64,000 bases of DNA from Gemmatimonadales bacterium. GTDB lineage: Bacteria > Gemmatimonadota > Gemmatimonadetes > Gemmatimonadales > GWC2-71-9. The position numbers were made by a program, and so were the translations under genes. Under the pieces are notes generated by a model. That model saw only the letters and a list, made by a program, of their open reading frames with translations, did no database searches and was not told where the DNA came from. The DNA lies in contig JBHEMG010000217.1 in the NCBI GenBank assembly GCA_046262715.1, forward strand, positions 4,878-68,877. The letters are read 5' to 3'. Positions 1 through 8,900 of this stretch are shown piece by piece (the stretch's first letter is position 1; each line of letters opens with the position of its first letter).

Positions 1-55
1 TCGTGATCAATGGCCGGGTGCGCAACGTCGCAACGGTCACCTTCGTCAAGAAATC

Positions 56-1468
56 GTGATGGTGCCGGCAGCACTCTGTCTCGCATTGCTGGTGCAGCAA
101 CCGCCGCAGGAAACCGCGGCCCGGATCGCGACGGCGCACGAATGGATCATGCGACTGGGCCGCCAGATGGGCGACTCGATCTGGCCGGGGTTCCGGCCCG
201 ATACCATTCCGGTGCTCTACGTGCTGCGCGACCAGGGCACGCTGCTGCTCGGCTGGCATGGCGCGTTGCCGGCGGGGTTCGTGCCCGTCGCCTCTGACTC
301 TCGCGCCGAGCCGTGGGGTGGCTGGCAGCCATCGGCCGATCGCGGCGCCGCGAGCACCGGCACCGAGCTCCAGGGCCGCAGGACGGCACAGGTCGTCGTC
401 GGCGATTCGGCCGGCATCGCGACGCTCATCGGGCTCACCACGCACGAGGCGTTTCACGTGTTCGAAGCCGCCGCGCGCGCCGATGGTAAGAAATTCGGTC
501 AGGGCGAGAATTCCTTTCTGGTTACGAGCTATCCCGTGTTCGACCCGCAGAACGAGGCCGGCATGGGGCGGGAGGGGCGCATCCTCGCGGCCGCCGAGGA
601 CGCGACGAGCACGGTGGAGCGGCGCGCCCTCGCGCGGGAGTTTCTGGCGGTGCGCGAATCGCGCCAGCGCGCGCTCGGCAGCGAGCTCGCGAACTTCGAG
701 CAACTCGCCGAGCTCAACGAAGGCCTCGCCGAGTATACCCTCGTGCGGTCCGTGCAGCTGGCGGCGCGGCAGCGCGACTTCCCCGATCGCGCCGGCGCGG
801 AGCGACTGCGCACGAACAAACGCACGGGCCTGCACAAGCTCACGGAAGACGTCGCGTTGTCGATCCGGCTGCGCTACTACGCCACCGGGCCCGCACTGGG
901 ATGGCTGCTCGACGTGCTCGAAGGGCCGTCCTGGAAGACCCGGCTCATGAACCAGAATCTCACAGTGCAGGACGCGCTTGCCGATGCCTCGGGCTACCGC
1001 GCCGAAGAGCTGACGTTACGCCGGCAGGCGGAGACGCGGTTCGTGATGCGGGCGCTGCGGGCCCAGGCCGATTCGGGCGTCGCGGGGTTGCGCGCGATTC
1101 GCCGCGCGCAGGTGGACAGCATCCTTGCCGCGCCGGGCGTGCAGCTCGTCGTGACCGTCCAGGGCCGCTACCTCGGCCTGTGCGGCATCGATCCGCAGAA
1201 CCTGCTGCAGGTCGAACCGGGAGTGTTGTTGCATACGCGCTGGCTGCAGGCGTGCGCGGGCGACGCACTGCAGGTCACGTTCAATACGCCGGTGGTGCAG
1301 GAATCTGGCAGCCAGACGCTGCGCGCGGTCGTCGGCGCCGACTCGACGGTCAAAGTCACGACCGACTCCGGCAACGTGCGTGTCGAATCGCCGCTTGTGT
1401 CGCTGCGAGCCCCAAAGGCCGAGGTCTCCCGTGACGGGCGTGTGCTGACGGTTTCGATCAAGCCGTAG
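56..1468 (+). CDS. Hypothetical secreted protein with gluzincin-like motifs (possible metallopeptidase)
   Basis: 470-aa ORF with a hydrophobic N-terminus (MMVPAALCLALLV). It has an HExxH motif (TTHEAFHVFE) and a downstream NEGLAEYT segment resembling the third zinc ligand region of MA-clan peptidases. No family recognised beyond that. Confidence 0.55.
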   Translation: MMVPAALCLALLVQQPPQETAARIATAHEWIMRLGRQMGDSIWPGFRPDTIPVLYVLRDQGTLLLGWHGALPAGFVPVASDSRAEPWGGWQPSADRGAASTGTELQGRRTAQVVVGDSAGIATLIGLTTHEAFHVFEAAARADGKKFGQGENSFLVTSYPVFDPQNEAGMGREGRILAAAEDATSTVERRALAREFLAVRESRQRALGSELANFEQLAELNEGLAEYTLVRSVQLAARQRDFPDRAGAERLRTNKRTGLHKLTEDVALSIRLRYYATGPALGWLLDVLEGPSWKTRLMNQNLTVQDALADASGYRAEELTLRRQAETRFVMRALRAQADSGVAGLRAIRRAQVDSILAAPGVQLVVTVQGRYLGLCGIDPQNLLQVEPGVLLHTRWLQACAGDALQVTFNTPVVQESGSQTLRAVVGADSTVKVTTDSGNVRVESPLVSLRAPKAEVSRDGRVLTVSIKP

Positions 1469-2238
1469 TGGCTTCGTTCTACGACGCAATTCCCGATTTC
1501 GGACTGCTGTACGACCACGTGCCGCTGTACGCGACGCGTGACGACGTCCCGTTCTACGTAACTGAAGCGAAGGCGGTGCGCGGGGCGGTGCTCGAGATCG
1601 GCTGCGGCACCGGCCGGGTGCTTCTGCCGATCGCGCGCGCCGGCTGTGCAATCGCGGGGCTCGACGGCTCTCCCGTCATGCTGGAGCGCTGTCGCACCAA
1701 GCTGGCCGCCGAGCCGGCCGTGGTGCAGCAGCGCGTCACTCTACATCAACACGACATGCACGACTTCGATTTCGGCGGGCAGTACGCCTTGATCATTGCG
1801 CCGTTCCGAGTCGTGCAGCACCTCACCACCGCGGACGCGCAGCTGCGTTTTCTCGCTGCCGCCGCTCGCCATCTCACGCCCGGCGGCCGGCTGATCTTCG
1901 ACGTCTTCAATCCGCGCTTCGATTTGCTGGCCCGCGCCGATGGCACCGAGCCCGAGGACACGCCGGAGCAGCGCCTGCCTGACGGGCGCACCTTCCGGCG
2001 CGGGGCGCGCGTCGTGCGCGTGCGCTGGGTCGACCAGGTCAGCGAGGTGGAGCTGATTTATTACGTCGGCAACGAGCGCCACGTGCAGGCGTTCGACATG
2101 CGCTGGTACCTGCCCGCCGAGCTGCGGCACCTGCTGGCGCGGGGCGGCTTTCGCGTGCGGGAGATCTACGGCGACTTCGCCCGGGGCCCGCTGGTGGACG
2201 GCGCCCCGGAACAGATAGTCGTGGCGGAGCTTCTTTAG
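1468..2238 (+). CDS. Class I SAM-dependent methyltransferase
   Basis: 256-aa ORF. The GTG start overlaps the upstream TAG by one nt. SAM-binding motif I is VLEIGCGTGRVLLPIA, followed by an acidic loop GLDGS. Confidence 0.8.
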   Translation: MASFYDAIPDFGLLYDHVPLYATRDDVPFYVTEAKAVRGAVLEIGCGTGRVLLPIARAGCAIAGLDGSPVMLERCRTKLAAEPAVVQQRVTLHQHDMHDFDFGGQYALIIAPFRVVQHLTTADAQLRFLAAAARHLTPGGRLIFDVFNPRFDLLARADGTEPEDTPEQRLPDGRTFRRGARVVRVRWVDQVSEVELIYYVGNERHVQAFDMRWYLPAELRHLLARGGFRVREIYGDFARGPLVDGAPEQIVVAELL

Positions 2239-2948
2239 GGCTGGACTTGCGTCAGTGTAAGCGCGTCGGCGCGCGCGTCCACCGTATGCTGGCGCAGCGT
2301 GTGCCCGCCGCCGGTCGCGCTGACGACGACGTTGCCGGCCGTGACGTTGAAGACATACGCGACGCCATCGCTCACCGTGGAAGTCGCCGTCGAGCTTGGC
2401 CCGCTCGCCGTGTTGTAGCGCACCGTCCCCGCGGGAGTGGTCGATACCGTCGCGCCCGTGAGCGCCGTGCCGTCGCAATCCTCCACGATCACCGCGACGA
2501 AGCCTTTGCCCGCCGTCTGTGTCACGCCGGCCGCCGCGCCGAGCAGGCCCATCTCGGTGCTCGTAATCATGAGCACGTTCTCGGTCGCATCAGCGACGAG
2601 CGGCCGGGGAGGATAGCCGTAGGTCGGGAGATAGCCGCTGTGCGTGAGGCGAATGTAGCCGTCGAGCGGGGTGCCGCCCGTGAGAATCTGTAGCGAATAA
2701 AACCCCGGCGTGTTGCTGGTGCCCGACGCGAGCGTCGTCGTATCGCCCGTGCGAAAGGCCGCAACGGCCGCGCCCGACAGCGGCGCGGGCGACAGGGCGT
2801 TGGATTCGACCTGGCCGGTCACCGCGAGCGTCGCCGGCCCGGTTGTCGGCAGCGTATCGTTGAGACACCGAAACGCCGAGGAGGGACCCGAGGAGTCCTT
2901 GCTACAGGCGGCGACCGCGATCAGCAGTGCAGGCAGAACGAAACGCAT
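2235..2948 (-). CDS. Hypothetical lipoprotein
   Basis: The ORF is trimmed to the internal Met giving MRFVLPALLIAVAACSKDSSGP, a lipobox (AAC) signal. The rest is Thr/Gly/Ala-rich and looks beta-rich. It converges on and overlaps the methyltransferase stop by 4 nt. Confidence 0.6.
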   Translation of the reverse strand: MRFVLPALLIAVAACSKDSSGPSSAFRCLNDTLPTTGPATLAVTGQVESNALSPAPLSGAAVAAFRTGDTTTLASGTSNTPGFYSLQILTGGTPLDGYIRLTHSGYLPTYGYPPRPLVADATENVLMITSTEMGLLGAAAGVTQTAGKGFVAVIVEDCDGTALTGATVSTTPAGTVRYNTASGPSSTATSTVSDGVAYVFNVTAGNVVVSATGGGHTLRQHTVDARADALTLTQVQP

Positions 2949-3013
2949 GAGAAAGCAGCCTTGTGAGTTTCCGCAATCTAGTGTCTCTAGCAATTCCACT
3001 GTAGTCTCTCCTT

Positions 3014-3622
3014 ATGGCCGAGTCCACGAACCGCGTTGAAGCATTCAGTGACGGCGTCTTTGCCATCGCCATCACGCTGCTCATTCTCGAGATTCGCGTG
3101 CCCCACGTGGAGCACGGCTTATGGGCGGGCCTGCTCGGCTTATGGCCGTCGTACGTCGCCTTCCTGCTGAGCTTTTTCGTCATTCTGATCATGTGGGTCA
3201 ACCACCACGAGCTGCTGCGCATGATCCATGGGGTGAACTACCCGATCCTGTTCGCGAACGGCTTGCTGCTGCTCGCGGTGACATTTATTCCGTTCCCCAC
3301 GGCGGTGCTCGCGTCCTATCTGGCGACACCCGAAGCGCGGCCGGCCGCGGCGCTCTATTGCGGCGCGTTCGTGCTCAACGCGCTGTCGTGGAACCTGCTG
3401 TTTCACACGATGGTCCACAGCGGCTTGCTGCGCCCCGGCGTCGGCGAAGAGACGATTGCCGGCGTCCGTCGCACGTACAACCTGGGGCTCAGTGTGTATG
3501 TCGTCGCCACCGTGCTCGCGCTGTTCGAGCCATGGCTCGGCCTGTTGATCAACGTTTCGCTGTGTGTTGTATGGATCCGGCTCGGCTATCGCACCACCGA
3601 GCCGGGCGTGCGGCGGATTTGA
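3014..3622 (+). CDS. TMEM175-family (DUF1211) potassium channel-like membrane protein
   Basis: 202 aa with about 6 hydrophobic helices. The N-terminal signature RVEAFSDGVFAIAITLLILEI matches the RxxxFSD motif of bacterial TMEM175 homologues. Confidence 0.75.
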   Translation: MAESTNRVEAFSDGVFAIAITLLILEIRVPHVEHGLWAGLLGLWPSYVAFLLSFFVILIMWVNHHELLRMIHGVNYPILFANGLLLLAVTFIPFPTAVLASYLATPEARPAAALYCGAFVLNALSWNLLFHTMVHSGLLRPGVGEETIAGVRRTYNLGLSVYVVATVLALFEPWLGLLINVSLCVVWIRLGYRTTEPGVRRI

Positions 3623-3705
3623 AGTAAGCGCCCGAGCGTCAGGAAACGGTAGAGAAGCAGGTCTCGAGGTGGCGGACCGCGGAATCGCGGCGTATCAGTA
3701 GTGCC

Positions 3706-4434
3706 ATGATGCTGCTCTCCCTTGCGGTGGTGGCGCTGGTGCAGGCTTCCGGCCACTTTCCGCCCGACTCGCTGACCAACGTCAAAGTCATTCCGAAGAA
3801 CACGCCGGTCATTCAAGTCATCGGCATGATGCGCAACTTTGCCGGCGCGCTCGGCGTGCGGTGTCAGTACTGTCACGTGGGCCAGGAAGGGCAGCCGCTC
3901 AGCGCGTTCGACTTCGCCAAGGACGACAAGCGCACCAAGCTGACGGCACGACAGATGATGCGCATGGTCGAGGAGATCAACCGACGTCTCGACACCTTAC
4001 CCGAGCATATGCAGATGACGAGTCACGTCGAGGTCACGTGTAACACGTGCCACCGCGGTGTCAGCCGGCCGATGGGACTCGAGCAGCTGATCCAGGAGAC
4101 GGCGCAGACGGCGGGCGCTGATTCCGCGGCGCGCGCCTATCGCGCGCTGCGGCAGCGCTACTACGGCCGCGCCGCGTACGACTTCGGCGAGCCGACGCTC
4201 GACATCGCCGCCTTCCGGCTGGCGCGCGGCGGGAAGTACGACGAGGCGTTCGCCATTCTGCGCTTGAACGAAGAACAGTTTCCGGCGTCGTCGAATCTCT
4301 CGACGTTCCGGGGCAACATCAATCTCATGAAGGGGGACACGGCCGCCGCGGTCGCCGCGTTCCGCGAAGCGGTGCGGCGGGATTCGACGAATGGCGAGGC
4401 GCAGGGCCGCCTCCGCCAGATTACTCGACCCTAG
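3706..4434 (+). CDS. c-type cytochrome (reaction-centre cytochrome-c-subunit-like fold) with TPR-like C-terminus
   Basis: 242 aa with a signal-like N-terminus and two CxxCH haem motifs (CQYCH, CNTCH). The C-terminal half is helical-repeat-like (…FRGNINLMKGDTAAAVAAFREAVRRD). Confidence 0.7.
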   Translation: MMLLSLAVVALVQASGHFPPDSLTNVKVIPKNTPVIQVIGMMRNFAGALGVRCQYCHVGQEGQPLSAFDFAKDDKRTKLTARQMMRMVEEINRRLDTLPEHMQMTSHVEVTCNTCHRGVSRPMGLEQLIQETAQTAGADSAARAYRALRQRYYGRAAYDFGEPTLDIAAFRLARGGKYDEAFAILRLNEEQFPASSNLSTFRGNINLMKGDTAAAVAAFREAVRRDSTNGEAQGRLRQITRP

Positions 4435-5104
4435 CGCTCGTAATCTTGTCGAGACGCGGGAACTGGCGCGCCATGTACTTCTCGCCTTCGACATTCAGCC
4501 GGTACTGATCGGGGCCGCGCCCCTGCGGCGCGCCCTCGCCATACCCGCCGTACAGCTTGTCCACGACCTCCATCCCTTCGACCACCTGACCGAACGGCGC
4601 GAATCCCATCGCGTCGAGCCGGTCGTTGTTGCCGTAATTGATGAAGACCTGCGTCGTGCGCGTGCCGGCCCCCGCCGTCGCGAACGTGACCATGCCGCGC
4701 AGGTTGGTGCGGCGCACGGGATCGTCGGCGATGCGCCGCTCGCGCCACGCCGCCGTTACGGCCGTGTCGCCATGAATTCCGAATTGCGCCATGAACCCGG
4801 GCAGCACGCGAAAGAACCGGACGCCGTTGAAAAAGCCGGAGCGGACCAGGTTGTAGAAGCGGTCGGCGCCGAGCGGGGCCCAGGCACGATGCACGGCGAT
4901 TACGAAGTCGCCTTGCGTCGTGGAGAAGCGCGCGCGGAAACTATCGGGTGCCTGCTGACTGAATCCGGAGCCCGCGGGGTTGTGATAGTCGGGCGGCGTC
5001 GTGGCGGCGGCGCTGCCGGCGCCATCTTTGCCAGCAGGTTTCCGACAGGCTCCTCCCGCCACGGCGGCGAGAGCGATCGCGCAAACGTATGGGAGAGAAC
5101 GCAT
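4421..5104 (-). CDS. Peptidyl-prolyl cis-trans isomerase, cyclophilin type (lipoprotein)
   Basis: 227 aa with a lipoprotein-like signal (AIALAAVAGGAC). Cyclophilin motifs are FFRVLPGFMAQFG, ATAGAGTRTTQVFIN and FGQVVEGMEVVDKL. Confidence 0.9.
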   Translation of the reverse strand: MRSLPYVCAIALAAVAGGACRKPAGKDGAGSAAATTPPDYHNPAGSGFSQQAPDSFRARFSTTQGDFVIAVHRAWAPLGADRFYNLVRSGFFNGVRFFRVLPGFMAQFGIHGDTAVTAAWRERRIADDPVRRTNLRGMVTFATAGAGTRTTQVFINYGNNDRLDAMGFAPFGQVVEGMEVVDKLYGGYGEGAPQGRGPDQYRLNVEGEKYMARQFPRLDKITSARVE

Positions 5105-5172
5105 AGCGCTATGCTAGCCTCTCACAAAGCCGTTCGCTATAGTGTGGCCCGACTTCTCCGCAGAGGGCCCCG

Positions 5173-6207
5173 ATGGAAAATTGGATCGGCAAGCGCATTC
5201 GCATCGCTGCCCGGCGGCGCTTTGGCGCCTGGACGGTTGTGCTCGTGATTGGCCTCCTCGCCGCGACTAGCAACCAGCGCTACATCGCCAACTTCCTGCG
5301 CGGTCCGTACCCGCTGGCGCGCGCCGATCTCGATTCCATCAGCGATGTGTCCCTGACTCCGCGCTACTACGCCCGCGTCGCCGGCGAGAAGGTGCTCGAC
5401 ACCGGCCTGCGCCAGTATCGCGTGCACACGACCGGGGGCGTCGAGACGAGCCGCGAGGAATCGGGCGCCTATCGCGCGCTGGTGTTTGGGAACCGCTTCC
5501 TGGTCGTCCGGACGGCGGGGGGCGAGTCCCAGATAGTAGAAGGGAGGCTGGCGCCCTGGCCCGAGGGACTCGAGAACCGGCTGTTCGACAGCAAGGAAAT
5601 GCTGTCGCTGCGCAGCAATTTCTATCCATTCTATCTCGACGGCGATTCGTTCCGCCGGCCGGGCTACGTCGTCATCATCGTGGCGCTGCTCTTCATCGCG
5701 TTGTTCGCCTGGCAGGCGATTCCCGCCTGGTGCGCGCTGCGCGCACCGGAAAGCCATCCATTGCACCAGCGTGTGGCTGCCTGGGGCGACCCCATGGGCG
5801 TTGCCGTCGAGGCCGAGCACGATTTCGACCACCCGATGCTCAAAGGCGGCGGGGGCTGGCGCCTGGGCAACAAATATCTCGTGCAGTCGCGCTTTTTCAG
5901 CTTCAACGTCCTGCGCGTTCAGGATGTGCTGTGGGGCTACAAAAAAATCACCAAGCACAGCGTGAACTTCATTCCCACGGGGAAGACGTACGAAGCGATC
6001 GTTGCCTGTCACGGTGGCACCGCGACGATCCCCGCCAAGGAAAAACAGGTACATGATCTGCTCACCTACGTACAGCAGCGCGCTCCGTGGGCGATCTTCG
6101 GCTTCAGCGACCAGCTCGCGAGCCTCTTCCGCAAGCAGCCGCTCGAATTCGCCAACAGCGTCGCGCAACGGCGCCAGCAGTGGGAGCAGCAGGGCGGCAA
6201 AGCGTAG
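5173..6207 (+). CDS. Hypothetical membrane protein
   Basis: 344-aa ORF with two hydrophobic helices (WTVVLVIGLLAA; YVVIIVALLFIALFAWQAIPAW). No family recognised. Confidence 0.55.
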   Translation: MENWIGKRIRIAARRRFGAWTVVLVIGLLAATSNQRYIANFLRGPYPLARADLDSISDVSLTPRYYARVAGEKVLDTGLRQYRVHTTGGVETSREESGAYRALVFGNRFLVVRTAGGESQIVEGRLAPWPEGLENRLFDSKEMLSLRSNFYPFYLDGDSFRRPGYVVIIVALLFIALFAWQAIPAWCALRAPESHPLHQRVAAWGDPMGVAVEAEHDFDHPMLKGGGGWRLGNKYLVQSRFFSFNVLRVQDVLWGYKKITKHSVNFIPTGKTYEAIVACHGGTATIPAKEKQVHDLLTYVQQRAPWAIFGFSDQLASLFRKQPLEFANSVAQRRQQWEQQGGKA

Positions 6208-6319
6208 TGACGCGCGCCGCGCTGCTGTCCGTGGCCCTCCTATCCCTTAGTCGTCGACGTGCGCCGTGGCGTGATTGCGCAGTTGCTCGAAGGGGGTCTG
6301 CCTGACGATTGGTTCTGGG

Positions 6320-7672
6320 TCAACGCGACCCGGCTGACGCCGCGCTAGTTCCGCCCCAGATCTTGATGTGCCGGGTTTCCGGCATCCGCCACAGCGAAAA
6401 TAGGAATGCGACCGCCGGCACGGCGATCGAATACGCCAGTGTCCAACCGAGACTGTGCGTGCGCGTCCACACGTACGTCGTGATGAATGGCACGAGCCCG
6501 CCGCCCCACCCGTTCCCGATGTGATACGGTACCGAGACTGAGGTGTAGCGGATGCGGCTCGGGAAGTACTCGGCGAGAAACGCCGCGATCGGGCCGTACA
6601 CCATCCCCACGTAGGATACCAGCACGACCACGATCAGAATGGCCATCGCGTAGTTGATCGCGCCGGGCTGCGCGACTCTGCCGAGCAACGCATACAGCGG
6701 GTAGTACGTCACCGCCGCGAGCAGAAAGCCGGTGAGGATGATCGGCTTGCGGCCGATGCGATCCGACAGCCACCCCGCCAGCACCAGCGTTGGTGTCGCG
6801 ATGAGCAGAGCGGCGCCGACGATGATGCTCGAGCTGAGGACGTCGAGCTTGCTGACGTTTTGCAGAAAGAACAGCGCCCAGAACTGACTCGAATACCACA
6901 CGCATCCTTCGCCGAGCACGACGACGGTCGCGATACCGACGTATCTGAGATTCTGTCCGGTGAACGCCTCGCGCCACGGATTGGACGACGTCTGCGCCTT
7001 GGCCTTCATCTGCTGGAAGATGGGCGTCTCTTGCAGGCGCCAGCGGATGTAGATCGCGACCCCGACGAGCAGCAGCGAGGCCACGAACGGAATCCGCCAC
7101 CCCCAAGCGTTGAAAGCCTCAGGCCCGACTGCCGTACGCGTCCCGATCACCACCGCCAGCGAGACCACGATGCCGAGTGTGGGCGAGGTCTGCAGCCACC
7201 CGGTATAGAAGCCGCGTCGCTCGTCCGACACGTGCTCGGCCACGTAGGTGATGGCCCCGCCATACTCCCCACCAAGGCATAGGCCTTGCACCAGCCGGAG
7301 GAGGAAGAGCAGGATCGCCGCCGCGAGGCCGATGCTGGCATAGGTCGGAACGACGCCGATGAGCGCCGTCGAGATTCCCATGCCGCTCAAAGTGATGAGG
7401 AAAGTGTATTTACGACCCACGAGATCGCCCAGGCGTCCGAACAGCAGCGCTCCAAGCGGGCGAATCAAGAATCCAATGGTGAACAGGGCGATGGTGCTGA
7501 GTAACGCAGCGACCGGATGCGTCGGCTCGAAGAATTTGACTGAAAGGATTGCGGCCAGGCTGCCGAACACGTAGAAGTCGTACCACTCGATGATGTTGCC
7601 GACCGCCGCCGCGATCACCACCCGGCGCAGGTCCCTGGGCTCCAGGCGTGGAGCGGAGTAGGAATCGGGCAT
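6320..7672 (-). CDS. MFS transporter, metabolite:H+ symporter (MHS) type
   Basis: The ORF is trimmed to the Met giving MPDSYSAPRLEPRDLRRVVIAAAVGNIIEWYDFYVFG, the typical MHS N-terminus. It carries the MFS loop motif GRLGDLVGRK and about 12 hydrophobic segments. Confidence 0.85.
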   Translation of the reverse strand: MPDSYSAPRLEPRDLRRVVIAAAVGNIIEWYDFYVFGSLAAILSVKFFEPTHPVAALLSTIALFTIGFLIRPLGALLFGRLGDLVGRKYTFLITLSGMGISTALIGVVPTYASIGLAAAILLFLLRLVQGLCLGGEYGGAITYVAEHVSDERRGFYTGWLQTSPTLGIVVSLAVVIGTRTAVGPEAFNAWGWRIPFVASLLLVGVAIYIRWRLQETPIFQQMKAKAQTSSNPWREAFTGQNLRYVGIATVVVLGEGCVWYSSQFWALFFLQNVSKLDVLSSSIIVGAALLIATPTLVLAGWLSDRIGRKPIILTGFLLAAVTYYPLYALLGRVAQPGAINYAMAILIVVVLVSYVGMVYGPIAAFLAEYFPSRIRYTSVSVPYHIGNGWGGGLVPFITTYVWTRTHSLGWTLAYSIAVPAVAFLFSLWRMPETRHIKIWGGTSAASAGSR

Positions 7673-8393
7673 GAGCGAGGCTAGCCGTCCATTCCTGAGT
7701 GCGCAATGGCGCAACCTCATCATGGTGACGTACGCCATCGACCCGGCCCGCATCATCGATCGCGTCCCACTCGGCACCACGCTCGACTCCTGGCGTGGGA
7801 AGACCCTCGTCAGCATTCTCGGATTTCAGTTTCTCGGGACGAAGGTGCTCGGCGCACCCATCCCGTTTCATCAGGACTTCGAGGAGGTCAATCTCCGCTT
7901 CTACGTGCGACGCGCGACCGAGAGCGGCGCCCGCCACGGCGTGGTCTTCATCCGGGAGCTCGTCCCGCGACCGATGGTTGGCGGCATCGCGCGCCTCCTC
8001 TATAGAGAGCCCTATCTGGTGCTGCCGATGCGCAACAAGGTGGACCCCGGCCCGCCTCCTGACGTCGAGTATCAATGGGATATCGGGAATCACTGGTGCA
8101 CCCTGGGCGGGACCGGCGAGGGCGAGGGACGGGAACCGGGTCCCGGCACGATAGAGGAATTCCTGACGGTGCGGCACTGGGGATACAACGGCGAGCCGGG
8201 CAAAGAGACCCTGGAATACCGCGTCGACCACCCGCGCTGGAGGGTGTGGCACTGCGGGAATTTGCGCGTGGACTACCAGCCCGGCGCCCTCTGCCGCTTC
8301 GACGTAGGGCCCGATTTCAAGACCCCCGTCTCGGCGATCATTGCGGATGGGTCGGCGGTCACGGTGCACTGGAGATCGACCGTCGATAGCTAA
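7671..8393 (+). CDS. DUF2071 (YqjF-like) domain protein
   Basis: 240 aa. The N-terminus MSEASRPFLSAQWRNLIMVTYAIDP resembles the conserved start of DUF2071 proteins as I recall it. Confidence 0.65.
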   Translation: MSEASRPFLSAQWRNLIMVTYAIDPARIIDRVPLGTTLDSWRGKTLVSILGFQFLGTKVLGAPIPFHQDFEEVNLRFYVRRATESGARHGVVFIRELVPRPMVGGIARLLYREPYLVLPMRNKVDPGPPPDVEYQWDIGNHWCTLGGTGEGEGREPGPGTIEEFLTVRHWGYNGEPGKETLEYRVDHPRWRVWHCGNLRVDYQPGALCRFDVGPDFKTPVSAIIADGSAVTVHWRSTVDS

Positions 8394-8438
8394 CCCGGCA
8401 GCGGCGCCGGATTGCGCTGCACGTTATCTTAGCAGCGC

Positions 8439-8900
8439 ATGGCAGAGAGCGGTCTTCCCAATCGTCCCTCCCGCGGCTCGGGCTCGCTCACGGTGCACCT
8501 CGCCGACGAGCTCGACGTCTACTTCAACGAAGTCGCCCACGGGCGTCCCGTCGGCTTCGTCGCCTCGCCCAAATGGAAGCCGCGCACCGACGTCTATGAG
8601 ACCGATAACGAGCTCATCGTGCACATGGACATCGCCGGCATGCGCGCCGAGGACTTCAGCGTCGAGCTGGACGAGGGGATCCTCAAGATTTCGGGCCAGC
8701 GCAGCGGCATGCGGCAGTCGGGGAAGCGCCACTATCACGCGATGGAAGTGCAGATCGGGCCGTTCGAACGTCGGTTCAGGTTGCCGGTGGTGGTCGATCC
8801 CGCATCCGTCCGGGCCACGTACGAGCATGGGTTCCTCGAGATCCGGCTCGCCAAACAGCCACCGCGCTCGTCGGGCACGCAGTCGGTGCGCGTGACGTGA
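8439..8900 (+). CDS. Hsp20/alpha-crystallin family small heat-shock protein
   Basis: 153 aa. Alpha-crystallin domain motifs are PRTDVYETDNELIVHMDIAGMRAEDFSVELDEGILKISGQR … YEHGFLEIRLAK. Confidence 0.9.
   Translation: MAESGLPNRPSRGSGSLTVHLADELDVYFNEVAHGRPVGFVASPKWKPRTDVYETDNELIVHMDIAGMRAEDFSVELDEGILKISGQRSGMRQSGKRHYHAMEVQIGPFERRFRLPVVVDPASVRATYEHGFLEIRLAKQPPRSSGTQSVRVT

Noticed and set aside
3706-4434. Reaction-centre-cytochrome-like c-type cytochrome as a sign of a photosynthesis gene cluster
   Set aside because: It has only two CxxCH motifs and is a single isolated gene. No puf, bch or crt genes lie nearby. The flanking genes are a TMEM175 channel and a cyclophilin.
6316-6332. Hairpin GGGTC-aacgc-GACCC as a bidirectional terminator between the convergent 5173 gene and the MFS gene
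   Set aside because: The stem is only 5-6 bp, has no flanking T/A tract, and overlaps the MFS stop codon. That is too weak to call.
8394-8438. CIRCE/HrcA operator or other heat-shock element upstream of hsp20
   Set aside because: Only a TTAGCA fragment is present. There is no TTAGCACTC-N9-GAGTGCTAA inverted repeat, and I could read no convincing sigma-32-like -35/-10 pair.
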